Source of the DNA: Monocercomonoides exilis PA203
Lineage: Eukaryota > Protista > Preaxostyla
DNA length: 64,000 nt
Direction: 5' to 3'
Assembly: GCA_001643675.2 (NCBI GenBank)
Contig: LSRY02000011.1
Span: forward strand, 1,674,001 to 1,738,000
Under the pieces are notes generated by a model. That model did not search any database. It saw only the letters and a list, made by a program, of their open reading frames with translations, and was not told where the DNA came from. Positions 1 through 13,100 of this stretch are shown here, piece by piece. Numbering within the stretch: the first letter of the stretch is position 1; every line of letters starts with the position of its first letter. The position numbers and the translations under genes are program-made.

Positions 1-2
1 TT

Positions 3-2654
3 CGCCTCTCATCTTCTGGATTCTCTTCGTCATCTAAAGCAAAGCCTAGAACATCTCATTCTAAAAACACTTCACTTCTTGATTCACCAGAAATTCAGCA
101 GACAAATTACATCAAATCACCGACAAGCATTTCTGCCAATGTTGGCTCATTTAACATTCCAACAACTTGTTCATTTCACGGAAATGTTCCATGTGACACT
201 TCATTTTCACTTTCTCTGTATTTCAGACGAAATGCAATTCTTGTATCGCGATGCTTCACAGCTTGGAAGACATTTGTTGCTCTTCAACATTCAATGAATA
301 CAGAGGAGCAGAACAAATTTCAAAAAACAACAAACATTGCCCAAAAAAATAATCAACTCAAGAAAATGGAATCAGTTGAAAACAGAAATGAAACGGAAGC
401 TCAAAGTCACGAATTGCTCAATCGAGAAGAAAACAAGCCATCAAATGAAGCATCATTTGATCCAGCATATTTTTATAAAAGTTGTTTGATGAGGAAAGTT
501 TTGAATAAATGGTCTATTTTTCATCGCGAAAATATTGCCGATGTGAAAGAAAAACGTCGTCTCAGTAGATTAAGCGAAATGTTAAAGACAGCACGACTTC
601 GAGTCAAAACCAAGCAAATGTTCATAAAGTGGCTGCATTCAGCGACTTCGTTGAGGTATCGAAAAGACAAAGAAATCAATAAATGTTCAATGTTGCTCAA
701 ATCATCCTTTTTTGGATGGCTCAATTACGCACAAACACGAAGACGTTGCAGAGAGTCTGCACGGGAATTGACTCGAAGGAGAATGAATGGATTTCAGCAA
801 GTGAAGGATCTGTCTCAAAAACAAAATCATCTTTTCCGACCTTTTCTTCAATCATTTGGCACAGCAACTTCAAACTATGCATTCCACGAGTACCAAAGAT
901 TATCCTCAGAAAAACGTCAAAAAAGCTGGAAATTTTCATCAAAGCTAAAAAGACTTCTATTCGAAGAAGAAGAAGGGGATGAGTTGAATAGAATGAACAG
1001 TTGTCGATCATTTAATTGTGATTATTTGAGAAGGCGCTCAGATAAGAATATGCAAGGATTGTGGTACCCCACTCTGATATTTGGATGGTGGATTCATTTG
1101 AGCAGAGCACATTTCTTATCAAAAGTTTATTGCATTTCAAGAATAAAAATCCAAGCATTTAAGCATTGGCAGACATGCACAGATGAAATGAGGATTGAAA
1201 AGCAGATATCTATCAAGGCATTGGAATGGAGACGATGGTTTAAACTCCAGCTAACTTTTCAGAGTTGGAAAGATCGAACAAAAAAACATAATAAAAGAAG
1301 AGATACTGTTCTATTTTATTTGAATTCAAAGAAATTCGATCTGTTAGCGAGTATATTTATCAAGTGGAAAAGGACAGCGCTTTTGAGATGTCGAGTCAAA
1401 GAGCAGGCTTCATCATTGATGCAAATAAGAACCGAATCATTGAGGAAGAAAATTATTATCAATTGGAAAAGCTGTGCAATGCAGCACCAGAAAGATGAAT
1501 ATGCAATTCAGAACTTTCAGGAAAAGAAAAACCATTCTGCTTTGCTTAAAGCATTCTTGACTTGGAAGCAACTTACAAAAGAGAACGAAAGAAAGAGGAG
1601 GGTGGCAGAAATTTGGTATTTTATTAGGCAGAGGGAACTTGCAAAAGATGCTTTTAAGCGAATTCTGCTTTGTACATTAATAAAGAAAAAAGCGTTTCTT
1701 TGCTGGAAAATGTGTTCTTTTCAAAGTAAATGGAAATTAGAGATGCAAAACACTGCTCAAAACACAAGAGAGCAAAGAATAATTGAAAACAGAAAAGAGA
1801 TGTTGAAACAATGGCGCAATCTCACACTTTCCATTCATCATTATCATTTCCATCGAAAGCAACAATTTTTCAATTATTGGGCTTTCATGCTTCAAGAAAA
1901 AAGAAGAAAAGAAGAAATATCTGAAGAAATCTTTTTTCGAAAGTGCTCAGATAGACAAAGGAATATCTTCAAAAAATGGAAGGCGTATGCATCTGAAAGG
2001 GCTGAACTGCGTTTTGCATTGGAAAGAGAGAAGTGCAAGAAGGAAAATTTAATAAAAGAAAGATGCTTTACCGAATGGAAAGAAACATCTCAAAAGTTAC
2101 GTCAAGAGCATGAATTGAAAAGCAGATTGATGCTCAAATGCTTGGAGATCAAAAGAGAAAGATATCTGCAAAAAGGATGGAAAAGTTGGATTGATGCAAA
2201 GGTCAAAAATCAGATTGGAACGCATCCTCAAAATGATTGTCGAGCATCAAATTCCAAAGTTAAGGAAAGAAAGAGCAAAGCTTCAAAAATTGAAATTCAA
2301 GCACCTATCAATCTGTCTCAAGCTCAGCACATTAACGAACATTCAACTCCTTCATCAAAATACCTTTCTGCTTTAAACAAATTCGTTCATTCTGAAAGCA
2401 AAAATCAGAATATTTCGAAGCGTCAAGCAAGGTTAAGTTCAGCTCCTAAAAAGGAATTGCAAGCAAAACCACAAATTCGTCAAGAAACACCAGGAAAAAA
2501 GATAAGGCAAACAGAGTTTGATTGTTCTTCTCATCTTGATGCGACTAGAGCTCCTGTCCATTCATCTGTTGCATGTGAAATGCAGAACCCTACAAATTAT
2601 GCTAATAAACTTTCTCACATAAATCTGCCTCAGAAAACTTATTCCTATTCTTGA
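3..2654 (+). CDS. Sfi1-repeat (centrin-binding) protein, 5'-partial
   Basis: The frame of ORF 294..2654 is open back to base 3 and adds another repeat (LVSRCFTAWK). Many helical repeats end in F/L-x-x-W-K/R (KVLNKW, QMFIKW, QAFKHW, LTFQSWK, SIFIKWK, KAFLTWK, NIFKKWK, RCFTEWK), the Sfi1 repeat signature. Confidence 0.75.
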   Translation, partial: RLSSSGFSSSSKAKPRTSHSKNTSLLDSPEIQQTNYIKSPTSISANVGSFNIPTTCSFHGNVPCDTSFSLSLYFRRNAILVSRCFTAWKTFVALQHSMNTEEQNKFQKTTNIAQKNNQLKKMESVENRNETEAQSHELLNREENKPSNEASFDPAYFYKSCLMRKVLNKWSIFHRENIADVKEKRRLSRLSEMLKTARLRVKTKQMFIKWLHSATSLRYRKDKEINKCSMLLKSSFFGWLNYAQTRRRCRESARELTRRRMNGFQQVKDLSQKQNHLFRPFLQSFGTATSNYAFHEYQRLSSEKRQKSWKFSSKLKRLLFEEEEGDELNRMNSCRSFNCDYLRRRSDKNMQGLWYPTLIFGWWIHLSRAHFLSKVYCISRIKIQAFKHWQTCTDEMRIEKQISIKALEWRRWFKLQLTFQSWKDRTKKHNKRRDTVLFYLNSKKFDLLASIFIKWKRTALLRCRVKEQASSLMQIRTESLRKKIIINWKSCAMQHQKDEYAIQNFQEKKNHSALLKAFLTWKQLTKENERKRRVAEIWYFIRQRELAKDAFKRILLCTLIKKKAFLCWKMCSFQSKWKLEMQNTAQNTREQRIIENRKEMLKQWRNLTLSIHHYHFHRKQQFFNYWAFMLQEKRRKEEISEEIFFRKCSDRQRNIFKKWKAYASERAELRFALEREKCKKENLIKERCFTEWKETSQKLRQEHELKSRLMLKCLEIKRERYLQKGWKSWIDAKVKNQIGTHPQNDCRASNSKVKERKSKASKIEIQAPINLSQAQHINEHSTPSSKYLSALNKFVHSESKNQNISKRQARLSSAPKKELQAKPQIRQETPGKKIRQTEFDCSSHLDATRAPVHSSVACEMQNPTNYANKLSHINLPQKTYSYS

Positions 2655-3365
2655 AAGCTTAAATCTTAAAAAGAAGCATTCGCTATGAATGAAAAAAACT
2701 TCACCAAAGAATTGAAGCAATCTGAATGATTCTTTGCTTCCAGTATTTGTTTTAATGCCTTCTCACTCAAACAGATGTTTCTATTCTGTTCGACTGAATG
2801 TTCCTGTTTTTGAATCAAAAAGGTGTTCTTTTTGAAATTGATTAGTTACTAAACAACCTAAAAGTTTTTCTAAAAGGTGCTTTCACACCTTTTCGAATCT
2901 GCAGTCATAATGTTGAAGTTCTTTGTTTTAAAATATTTTTCGTTTCGCTTTTTCATCTTTTAGTCATTGAGACGATGGTCTCAAAAAACTGTTGAAAAAT
3001 CATCAATAGGAAAATGACAAAGAAAATTCTTTGAAAATTATTTTGATAAATCGAATATGTCACACAAATTACAAATGATAGAAAACTGTTGTAACATAAA
3101 ATGAACTGAGGCAAAGTCAATTCAATTATGAGAAAGATTAAACATGACATGTGAAGTGAATGTGCAATCACAACAACAAATAAATAAATAAGTGAACCAT
3201 AAGACAAAGACTCGAAACGAAAATATGAAATGAAGATCATCAGATCATTAAACAATAGACACTGAAGCAGCAAGGCATAAACCTTTTTCTATTAGTCTGT
3301 TTAAAAAAAATAATTCATCCCTCATAAAAAACTCATTTGGTAATTTTTTGTAAAGTCAGTTGATT

Positions 3366-6050
3366 TCAATCCATTCTCTCATAAAACAACAAAGTGGCCA
3401 GTCCTCTGTAGAATGCCTGTCCAGTTGGATAGACGCGTCTGCCAGGCACAATGCACCCCATCGTGTGGAGCGTCTCTCCTTCGTCTGGCCGGTCAGGTGT
3501 CACCACAAACTTTTGCGGAATTGGCGACTGTGAGCCATAATAGAGATGCACTTCGTCTTCAGGGACAGGCTGATTGATGAAAGTTGGTATTGAAGAAATT
3601 GTTAAAGAAAGAAAACAATAAAAAGAAAAATAAAAAATCAATAAAAGAAAATATATTAAGTTTTATAAAGAAAACTAAATATTTGCTTAATAGAGAAAAA
3701 TTAAATAAAATTATTGTGCGAACAACACAATAAATTTCAATTTCTTTCATTCATCTAATCACTCACAAATAGATCCTGTGCATACAATAATGTGCTGGTC
3801 ATGAATAATCCACCACTTGCTGTATGCGCGGAAGAGAGTGTCGTGTCTGATTGAAGTCGGCTCTTTCCCAACAGCCACCATTGCAGATGTCAGCGAGTAT
3901 TGTGGGTCTCTCCTCCGCTTGTGCACATAACACCCAGAAGGAGAAAGAAAAGAAGGAGTCACTTCAATCGGCCGTGCCCCAACTTCGCTCAAACTGGAGC
4001 CTCCAGTCAGAAAAGACGACGATGGCGAGAGTGTGGCAGAGAATGTGGAGAATGGGCTGCCGCTGATAGTATCAGCAGAAGACAGAACAGAAACGGATGA
4101 GTGGAAGAGGCCTGTGTTGTGGGTGGATGACTGTGCAGAAGAAATGGTGCTAAATGTCTGTGTGGAAGCGCTGTGTTCGAGCTGCTTTTTGGAGAGCTTT
4201 GATTTGCCTCCAGACAGAAGATGCACTTTCGAATCGTCTGACAAAAGAAGTGGAGCCTCCTCGTCGGTGCTTTTGTCTTCGTCTCGATCTGATTCGTGCT
4301 CAGATGATAAAGAAGAGATATTTGTCTTTATCGATGATGTTGTTGATGATGCTGTTGATTTCTGTGAGCCTCCTTTTTTTGATGCACTGACTGGTGCTTG
4401 TGTATATGAAATGCCCTTTTGAGAAAGATTGGCGTCTTCCACAAGCTCAATTGCCTTTTGAACAGCAACTTTCTCCTTTTTATCTGTCATAGGATTAAGT
4501 GCTGTTATCACTTCTTCTTCATCTCTTCTTTTCTCGCTCTCCTCCTTCTCCCTCAAATCCATGGCTTCTCTTCTCTCTCCTTCTTCCTCTTCCTCTTCTT
4601 CCCACCAATCTTCCATCTGTCTCCCGTCTGCTTCTGCCTGCCTCTCCACTCTGCGCCTGTCTTCGTCCACTCGCTTCAGGAAACGCCCCTCAGCATCGCT
4701 CACACCCATCTCTTTGATGCGCTGCTCGGTCGATCGCCGCTCTTCCAGCTCTTTCTGCCGCTGCCGCAGAATCTCCAGCATGTAGCTGCTCCGCTGCGCC
4801 TTCTTCCTCGCCTTCTGTGCTCTCTGCATTTTCTTTATTTTTCTTTCCTCCAAGCTGCCACTTTCGCTTAAGTCGGTTGAAGGCTTCCTCTCTTTGCTTT
4901 CTCCACTTTCGCTTTGGCTCTTTTCACTAAAAGCTAAACTGGAGCCTTCATACAGCGATGAACCGCCGAACTCCTCCATCGCTTCTTCCATTCCATCCAT
5001 CCAGCTTTCTCCAATGTCTTCATCTCCTATAACATCATCCACTTTAGCCAACGCACCAAGCCTCAGCGTCTTTGGGAAGGAGACAAAAGACGTGTCCTTC
5101 ACAAGATGCCTCCTATTTCTATCGAATACAATTCGAGGAATGTGGATGACGAGTGTTTTGGGGGCTCTTCCCACCCGCCTTATTTGCTCTGCTTCAGTGA
5201 ATGTGTGGCAGTGATAGCAGTAATGATTGTCCGTCACTGACAGGTGCACAAATTCAGCTTTTTTCCCAAGAAGATGGTTCACAGAGGAGTTGTGTTTGGG
5301 GTTTATTGTAATGTATGTAAAGGGCTCGACTGTGTGTGTTACACGCTCGCAACTCAAACATCTGTCGAATCAATAGAATTTCGTCAAAAAGCAATGTTAA
5401 AAAATACGTAAATAATCTTTATGAAATGCATACCGCGTGATTACGTAAAATTCTCCTCTGAAAGCTTCATCAACAATTGTTAAAACTTCAGGCTTTTCAA
5501 ATTTCCCATGATTAAATATCTCTTTTGGCGAAACTGTCGCAGAAGGAAGAGAATGGACAAGTGATGAAAATAAATATTCGGGTCTATCCAATTTTTGAAG
5601 AAATGTCGAAGTCTTTTTCAGCATGAATTGAATGAATTCGCAAGCATCCAACTGATCATTTGTTCGAAAATGTTTGCTGGCAGTTTTAAGCTTTTCGATA
5701 AAGTCATACGGCATTTGGTTGTCATCTATTTTTTTGATAGTTGTCATCTCATAAAATAGTTCTCCAAGCGCATATGGAGGAGTATCTTTTACAATGTCTC
5801 TTGTTTGGTTTCGTTGATAAAATGCAATTAAATTACTTCTAAAAGCAGTGCAAAAATATAAAACTTGAAGAGGTGATGATGCATAACATATTCCAAGTGA
5901 CTTTCATTTGAAAGCAATTGTCAATCTATTTCAAAAAGAAAAGAAATAATAAATTCAACAAACATCACTCATAGCCAACATTTGTTCTTCTTGTGTAACA
6001 TCAAGCTCTTTTGAAGCTTTTTTCCCAGTGGCTTTCAACCATTTAAGCAT
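3366..6050 (-). CDS. USP12/USP46-like ubiquitin-specific protease family protein, possibly catalytically degenerate; 4 exons
   Basis: Exons 6050-5964, 5900-5434, 5361-3786 and 3569-3366 are joined by GT-AG introns. Motifs: Cys box SLGICYASSPLQVLYFCTAFR, QLDACEF, TRCLSCE, YCYHC, His-box-like YSLTSAMVAVG...WWIIHD, terminal LLFYER. Confidence 0.85.
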
Positions 6051-6310
6051 CTTAATCTGTAATATAATTCAGAATTTTTACAAAATAATAAATTGTCGAA
6101 ATGATTGAAATGGAGGTATGGGAAAGATTCTATCCTGTTAAAACGACTGGAAATACAAAAAGTGAAAATAAAAAAATAAAGCAATATTTATTGGTTGTTC
6201 GAATTTTGTTTATTTTATTTTATTTTATTATTTTTTAAATTAAGATTAAACAAAACATAAACTTTAAATTTTTTGAATAAAAAAGAAAGAGAAAGAAACT
6301 CAAAGTTTCT

Positions 6311-7144
6311 TCAACTAACAGTTATTGTTAATTGATTTTCAATATCAGTTCCCTCCATTGCATCTTCAAACTCAGTTTCTGACAGTTTTTCATCATTGTC
6401 TTTATCATATTGATGAATTGTCTTCTCAGCTACGTGAGAAGCAGGTTCGTCTTGAAGATGCTTTCCAACCATCATTTTAAGAACAGCAAGAAAATCATTG
6501 ATTGAAATGTATCCGTCTCCATCAAAATCATATATCCTAAATGCAACTGAAGTTGTAAATTTGACATAAAACGGAAAAACAATTTTGAAATTAAAATTTT
6601 GTTTTAAAAAAACAAAATATCAGTTTTAAAAGAAAAAATAGACGAATGGTATATATACCGCTAATTTTCTCTTCTTTTGTACCCTTGCTTAGAACGTCAA
6701 GGCATGATACAAATGAACGAAAATCAACACGTTCATCCTTATTCTTTTCAAAGATTGATAAAATCTAAACAAAAATATTTGTCAGCATAAAGATTTGCAA
6801 GATTAATGGAATATTTTAAAAATTACTTGCAAACTCGAGTATGAAGTGGATTCATTGCTAATTCTGGTATTGCAAGAAGATCAGCTTGAGAAAGACTTCC
6901 TAATCGTTGTCTATCCAATTTCCTAAATCTTTTGTATAAATGCTAAATGTCTCCTTAATTAAAGAAAACAAAGTACGAATTAAGCACACTTTTAATTCTT
7001 TTTGAGAAACTTTTCAATGAAATCAAACAATTATAATATCAAATTTCTGGAAATTGCAATTTAAATAATTTTCATCACACATCTGGTTTGATTTCCCAGT
7101 TCATCAAAATCGTCTTGTGTAAGTCCGCTTGATGAATTTCCCAT
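6311..7144 (-). CDS. Calcineurin B / CHP-family EF-hand protein; 5 exons, absent from ORF track
   Basis: Spliced translation: MGNSSSGLTQDDFDELGNQTRFSQKELKHLYKRFRKLD...IPELAMNPLHTRILSIF...AFRIYDFDGDGYISIND...KMMVG...YDKDNDEKLSETEF. It has an N-myristoylation motif and canonical EF3/EF4. Stop TGA at 6313-6311. Confidence 0.9.
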
Positions 7145-7180
7145 GTTTTCAATGATGGTAAATTGATCACTTAAAAAAGA
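7145..7180. promoter_or_regulatory. Putative ultra-compact bidirectional promoter (calcineurin-B-like / UGGT-like)
   Basis: Only 36 nt separate two divergent, well-supported start codons. Confidence 0.55.
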
Positions 7181-10100
7181 ATGAAGTGTATTTTTCTATT
7201 TTGTTTGCTGATAGCTTCATTCAGATGCGATGCTAATCGAACTGTAATTGCATCTACAGAAGCACCCTTTTGTGAAATACCTCTTCTTGAAGAAATCAGC
7301 GAAAGCATTGGACATCATAATCCAGATTTATTTCTCTCATATCTGGATAGTATATTCTCAGACGAACTGTTTAAGAAAACAGATGCAGAAGTAATGAATT
7401 ATTCGCTGAAATTTTTGGATTCAGCTTCAAATAAAATTAACAAATCATCTCATTTAATAATCGATATTTCAACGCACGCCTTCGCGCCTCAAGTGGAGTT
7501 TCATCATCAACTTGCAAAACAAACGTTTGTATCATATTATGGACAAAAGAATGTTACTGTATTACCTGACTTTCCTCCACTTTTTGCACAAATATTCCCT
7601 TCATCAATTAAATCTAATGATAATCAAAAAGGATTGAAGCATTCCGATTCGCATCTTGCACCTCCTTTTGATAATTATCTTAACTATCCAGATTCCGTTA
7701 TCGTTACTTCTTTAAATGAAGTCTACGCAACATTAAAGCAGATGACAAAGAATAATGAAATTATAAAAACAGAATCAAAACTTTTACTAAAAAGAGGAAT
7801 TCCACGTTTCCCACTCATAATGCAAAGCGATCACGTAATTCCCGAAGAATATTCAATAAACGCTGATTCGGTTCCAATTATTCATCTGTATTGCTCATTG
7901 ACTGATAGCGCTTCAAATACTTGGATAAAGAAATTAAAAGAATGGCAAACAGAATTTTCAAATGGAACGAATTACATTCCATTTTTGATTGTTATCCGAT
8001 TTAATGAAGCACCAAAACACTCAATTAACGGTAAATGCGCTCCAATGGAAACAGTCGGATTCGGAATGGAATTAACTCCCAATCTTGAAAAGAAAGCAGC
8101 AGAATTTTCTTATACGGAAAACTTCGAAAATGGAGTGATGACAGATAATGGAGAATCAACAGAACTTATTTTCCCTTCGTTCAGGACAAGAACTGCTCCA
8201 ATTTGTGGAATTAACGTTACTAAACTTGCTGTTCTTCATCCTTCTTTGGCTCAACCAAAAAGAGATTGCAAAAAATTTACCAGAAAGCAGTTGCTCCAAT
8301 TTATGGAGAATGAAGAAGAGTCAGAAGAAGATGATGAAGATGAGGACAAAGAAGATGATATTAAAGAGGAAATTGAAGAAGAAGATTCAACTGGAAAGTT
8401 TGTTAAAGCTACACCTCCAAAAAAAGATATTGAAGAATATCAAACATCATCGATTCCTTCTTCAACGGAATTGCAGAGCATGCACATAGAAATTGACCCA
8501 TCATCTCCACTAGCCCAATTAGAGATGGCTCTTCAGTTCCTGGCTTTGAAGAAGCACATACCAATCTCAGAGCTTAAAGATATCGGCGAAAAGACAGTGA
8601 AGCATGTTCTATCAAAAAGAGACTCGCTCGACGAGTTGGCGACCGTGCAGTCGATTTTCCCGATGCTTGCCCCGTCTCTTTCACATATCGAGTTGGAGCG
8701 CTCGTTTTCCAGTCACATTGCACGCACTCGGCAATCACATCCTCCTCAGGCGCCAACGCTTATCATCAACGGCAGAGGAGTGAATATGCAGTCACCATCA
8801 TTGCATTCAGTCGCCTCAGTTGCACAGGAAGAGCTTGCCCATGTCAACAAGCTGCTCGACCTCGGTCTGTCGCGCAAAGTGGCAGTGGAAATCGCCAAAG
8901 CAAGCATTTTTCCTGTTTCTGACTCAGTTTCTACAGAGCTGCGCAGTACTTCCCACGAAAGTTTCCCTCTTCAGACTGTAAGAGTGGCTGTTCATCCACC
9001 AGATGAGGCGCTCTTTCTGAACAACATCGAAACTGACGATCAGTTCAAAGAATGGTCTACAGACACGCGAAATATCGTGCGCTACACTGAAGATGGCATC
9101 GTTCCCATTCGCAGAAACATCATAGAAATCAGTGCTTTCATCGATCTTTCTCGCTCAGAGGCACAGAATGTGCTGTGGTCGATGGTTTCGATGATTGACG
9201 ATGGCTATCCACTCCGCTGTGCTATCGTGCCAGTTATCATATCTTCAGCACACGACACAGCATCCGGTGCATGTTTGCCTCTTGCTCGATGGTGGATCTA
9301 TCATTGCCTGACGTACGGTGCTTATGATGCTGCGAAATTCGCTATTTCGATGTTGGAGAGTGGATATTCCATTACAATGGGCTTCATCAACAAAGAGTTT
9401 TCATCATCGGCACCTCCAAAGCCTGTTAAAAACCGGAATGGAACATTCTACACTCCGCATCGTCTGACGATGGAAGAATGGCATAAAGTTTCAGAGGGAG
9501 GTGATGCACGCGTTGAAGCTATTTTGAAAGCAACAAATTCACTCCTCTCAAAAACACTCCTGCCAGCTCCGTGTATCCTGTTTAATGGCATCGTCTGCCC
9601 ATCAGATGAGCTCTATCTTTCTGTCAATCGCTATCTTATTCCAGAAATTCGCCTGCTGCGCTATCTTATTTCCTCCAACCGTGTTCCCAGCTCTCGTTCA
9701 GTTGATCCACGACTCCCGAAGAATCTTCGCCACTCGGCTGTGATTGATGCATTGTGGAATGCCACTGTCTCAACAAAGTGGCTGGAGAATGCAAGATCGA
9801 TGGGAGTAATTGCACATGCACCAATGTTTGGGAAGAAAGAGAGGGAGGAAGAACGTATGAAGGAGGAAGCAGGTGTATACGACCATGAAAATGCCAAGGA
9901 AAAGAATGAAAGAGAGCGAAGAACAGGAAGGCGTGTTGTCCGATTGAAGGAAGGCACATCCGAATTGGAAGAGCAGATCGAAGGGGCAAAAGGCGAGATG
10001 GTTTACTCTTTTCTCACAGAGCCTGTCTACTCGCCTCAGCCACTGCTGCCTCATCGTCCAACTGTTATCGGGCGATCGAAATATCACCACTTTGCAGAGC

Positions 10101-13100
10101 TGCCAAACGACGACGGTATTTTGACACATTTTGTGGACCCGCGGCTGCTTGTTGAGATGATGGCACAGTCTGCTTTTGCTGTCGCTCCTTCGCGCTATGT
10201 GGTACCATCTGGTGTTGCCTTGTCATCAACTTCGTCAACGATTGAATCTCGCTTGCTTCGCACTCTTTCACCACTCACTCATTTTGTTGTGATTGATCCG
10301 ATGAACGTTAATCATTTGACGGCTGCTCGTGCTGCTGTGAAGGGAATGTCTGCTGGTGTATCAAGAGTGGCATTGCTGTTTTCAACAGATGGCAATGCAA
10401 ATTCAATTAAGAATAAGGGTGATGAAGAATCAGTTAGAATTCCAGCAGAATCGCTTCCTGTTCTGCTGTTGACCACTTTGAAGGTCATTCCGCAAAATCT
10501 GACGCAATCTTTCACTCTATTTGCATTGGACTACTTCCACACACATTCTCCGTCGTATGTCAAGCCAAAATCAGACTCTCCAGCTGCCCCATCTACAGAC
10601 TGGGCAGGAATGAATCTATTGGAAGCAGTGAAAGATTGGGTGATTGAGATGGCAGACAATTACGACACATTCGATCCCAAAGACAAAGCACAGAAACAAA
10701 AGAAGCAGAAAGATGGAGAAAGCACAGAGATGAAGAAACCTGACTGGGCTGAAGACGATTCGTGTGACAATCCAAGCAAAACAGGGAAGAAGTGGGTGTG
10801 CTATTTGATGAATGCCGTGAAGACACTGACAAAAGAAGACGCAACAATCAACGATGATGTTAAGGAAACACTCAGACTGCACAATAGATGGATTAATCTG
10901 CTTGATTTGAAGCAACCCATCCAGGACATCAATCTTAATGAAGGATCGAAGGTATCTCCTTTCAATTCACGTGTGCCTCCAAAAGAAAAGGCAAATGATA
11001 CAAATGCCACAACGTCTGAATCAAATGATACAACCCACAGTGAAGAACACAAAGTGATAACTCCAATTATCATCACGAACGGTCTTATCCGCCCGTTCAT
11101 TGCGACTCATACATCTTCTGATTTAGTCTGCACTGAATATTCTTCAGACACCATGGCACGCATCTCTCCTCATTCATCATTCTTCTTCACTTCCACCTGT
11201 GCAAAGCCTCGTCGCTCAGATGTGGTAACTGACAGGGTGATGAAGGCGATTGAATCTTGGGAACTTATCAAGCGATGGACGCCCTTGTGGATCTCTTTGC
11301 GAAGCATAAAGAGCGAAGTCGTCTCGCAAAGAAGCCTGTCACTTCTTCAGCTTCTTCAGGAAGCAGAATCTCTGAGCACCAACGATAAAACTGCTGCAGA
11401 ACGACTTCACAGCTTCCTTGAAAATGGAATAGTTGATGATGGTGCGTCGTTGATTGCAGTACTATCTCTTTTGCAGGGAATGCACACGTATCAGCATCCT
11501 CGTGTCACACCACTGGAAACACAGTTGTCAGAGCGCTATTCAGACCCTCAGTCAGCTGTGCCCATCCAGGCAAAGCTCAACTCCTCCATCCCATTCCGTT
11601 TCTACCCTCGTTTGAGTGTGTTTGGCTCTTTGGATCCTATCTCTCCAAAGCAGAGATGTTTACCCCAAATAATTCTGTCTTTGAGAAAGATGCTTGGATT
11701 TGATATTAATGGCTCGCTGCTTCTTGTCCCATCTCCGTCCACTCCACGTATGCCTCTGCCTTCTCTTTACAGCTATGCCACTGTTGAGCGGCCTCTCTTT
11801 GACAAAGATGGAAAGCAAGTGAATGGCCGTAAACTTGTATCTCCTTCTATTCCTCCTTCTATTCCTTTCACGCTCACACTTTCTGCTCCATCTTCGTGGG
11901 TTGTTGAAGAAAAGCAGCAGAGTTGCGATGTGAACAGTATTGCATTCCGTCCGAATGCTCAGAGCAAGAGTAAGTTAGCAAAGGGAAATTATGCACAGGC
12001 TGTTTATTCAATTGCTGGCTTTGCAATGGAAGCGAACTTGGTTGATTGGTGGAGACATTCCGTTGACACAACTCCGATTCATCTTCGAACATTATTAGCA
12101 ACCGAAGCAACTTCATCTTCCCAGCAGAATACATCAAATAACACTATATTCAAGCCATCGATGGCTCATCAGTCTACTATCACTGAAACGAGAACAGGAC
12201 TATTCTCTTTTGTGGCTGGCATTGGTGTTCATCTCCTCTCGCTTGCACCAACACTCGAAGGAGCGCTTTATTTGGGATCAGCAAAAGGATACATCACACA
12301 GGCCGAGTCACCTTTTGGTAGCACACTTTATGGTGATCTGTCTATTGCCCATGATTCAGTGTTTCTGCAGGAAAGAGGAATGGATGCGTGGGTGACTGTG
12401 CGAAATTGGGTAGGGTGTCCAGTCATTGCGCACACAAACGTATTCTACTTCCGCAAGAACTTTGCAGAGATTGCATCGGAATGGGAGCAAGATTTCATAC
12501 GGGCACAGAGGCCGAAGACTTTCTGGGACAAAGTGAAAAATGTGATTGTGGGAGAGAAAAAGCCAGAGCACGATATTATGGCAATGACTTCTGATGAATC
12601 GAAACGAAGGATTAAATCAGAAGTGGAAGAGAAGCGCCCAGATGTGTTGAATGTGTTTGTTGCACTAACAGGTGAAGGGACTGATAAACTGGCTGTGCGG
12701 ATGATGAAATCTGTTATTAGCAGCACATCACGCCATGTTGTGTTCTGGTTGGAGCGAAGCATTCTTTCTCAGTCACTTCGCGATGAAGTCACGCATTTTG
12801 TGGAAATAAATAAGAATTGTGAATTCCAATATGTTACGGCCCATTGGAGTTCATGGGATGTTGTTCCAGAAGAAAAGGAAAGGAAAACAAAAGCTGAAAA
12901 GTTGCTTTTCATCGATAAGATGTTTCCTCTATCTGTTGAATCACTCGTTATATTGCATCCCTCTGTTGTTGTTAATGACGATCTTTCGAAGCTTTCGCTA
13001 TCAATTGGACCAAATCATTCAATTGCTGCTGTTCCATACTGCACCGATAAGTCATCAACTGTAAAGTTGAGATATTGGGAGGTTTGGTTTTAAACATTGT

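Noticed and set aside
2953-3273. Hydrophobic 106-aa ORF and similar AT-rich ORFs (3559-3750, 37027-37382, 57514-57858)
   Set aside because: These are F/I/L-rich translations of AT-rich UTR, intron or intergenic DNA.
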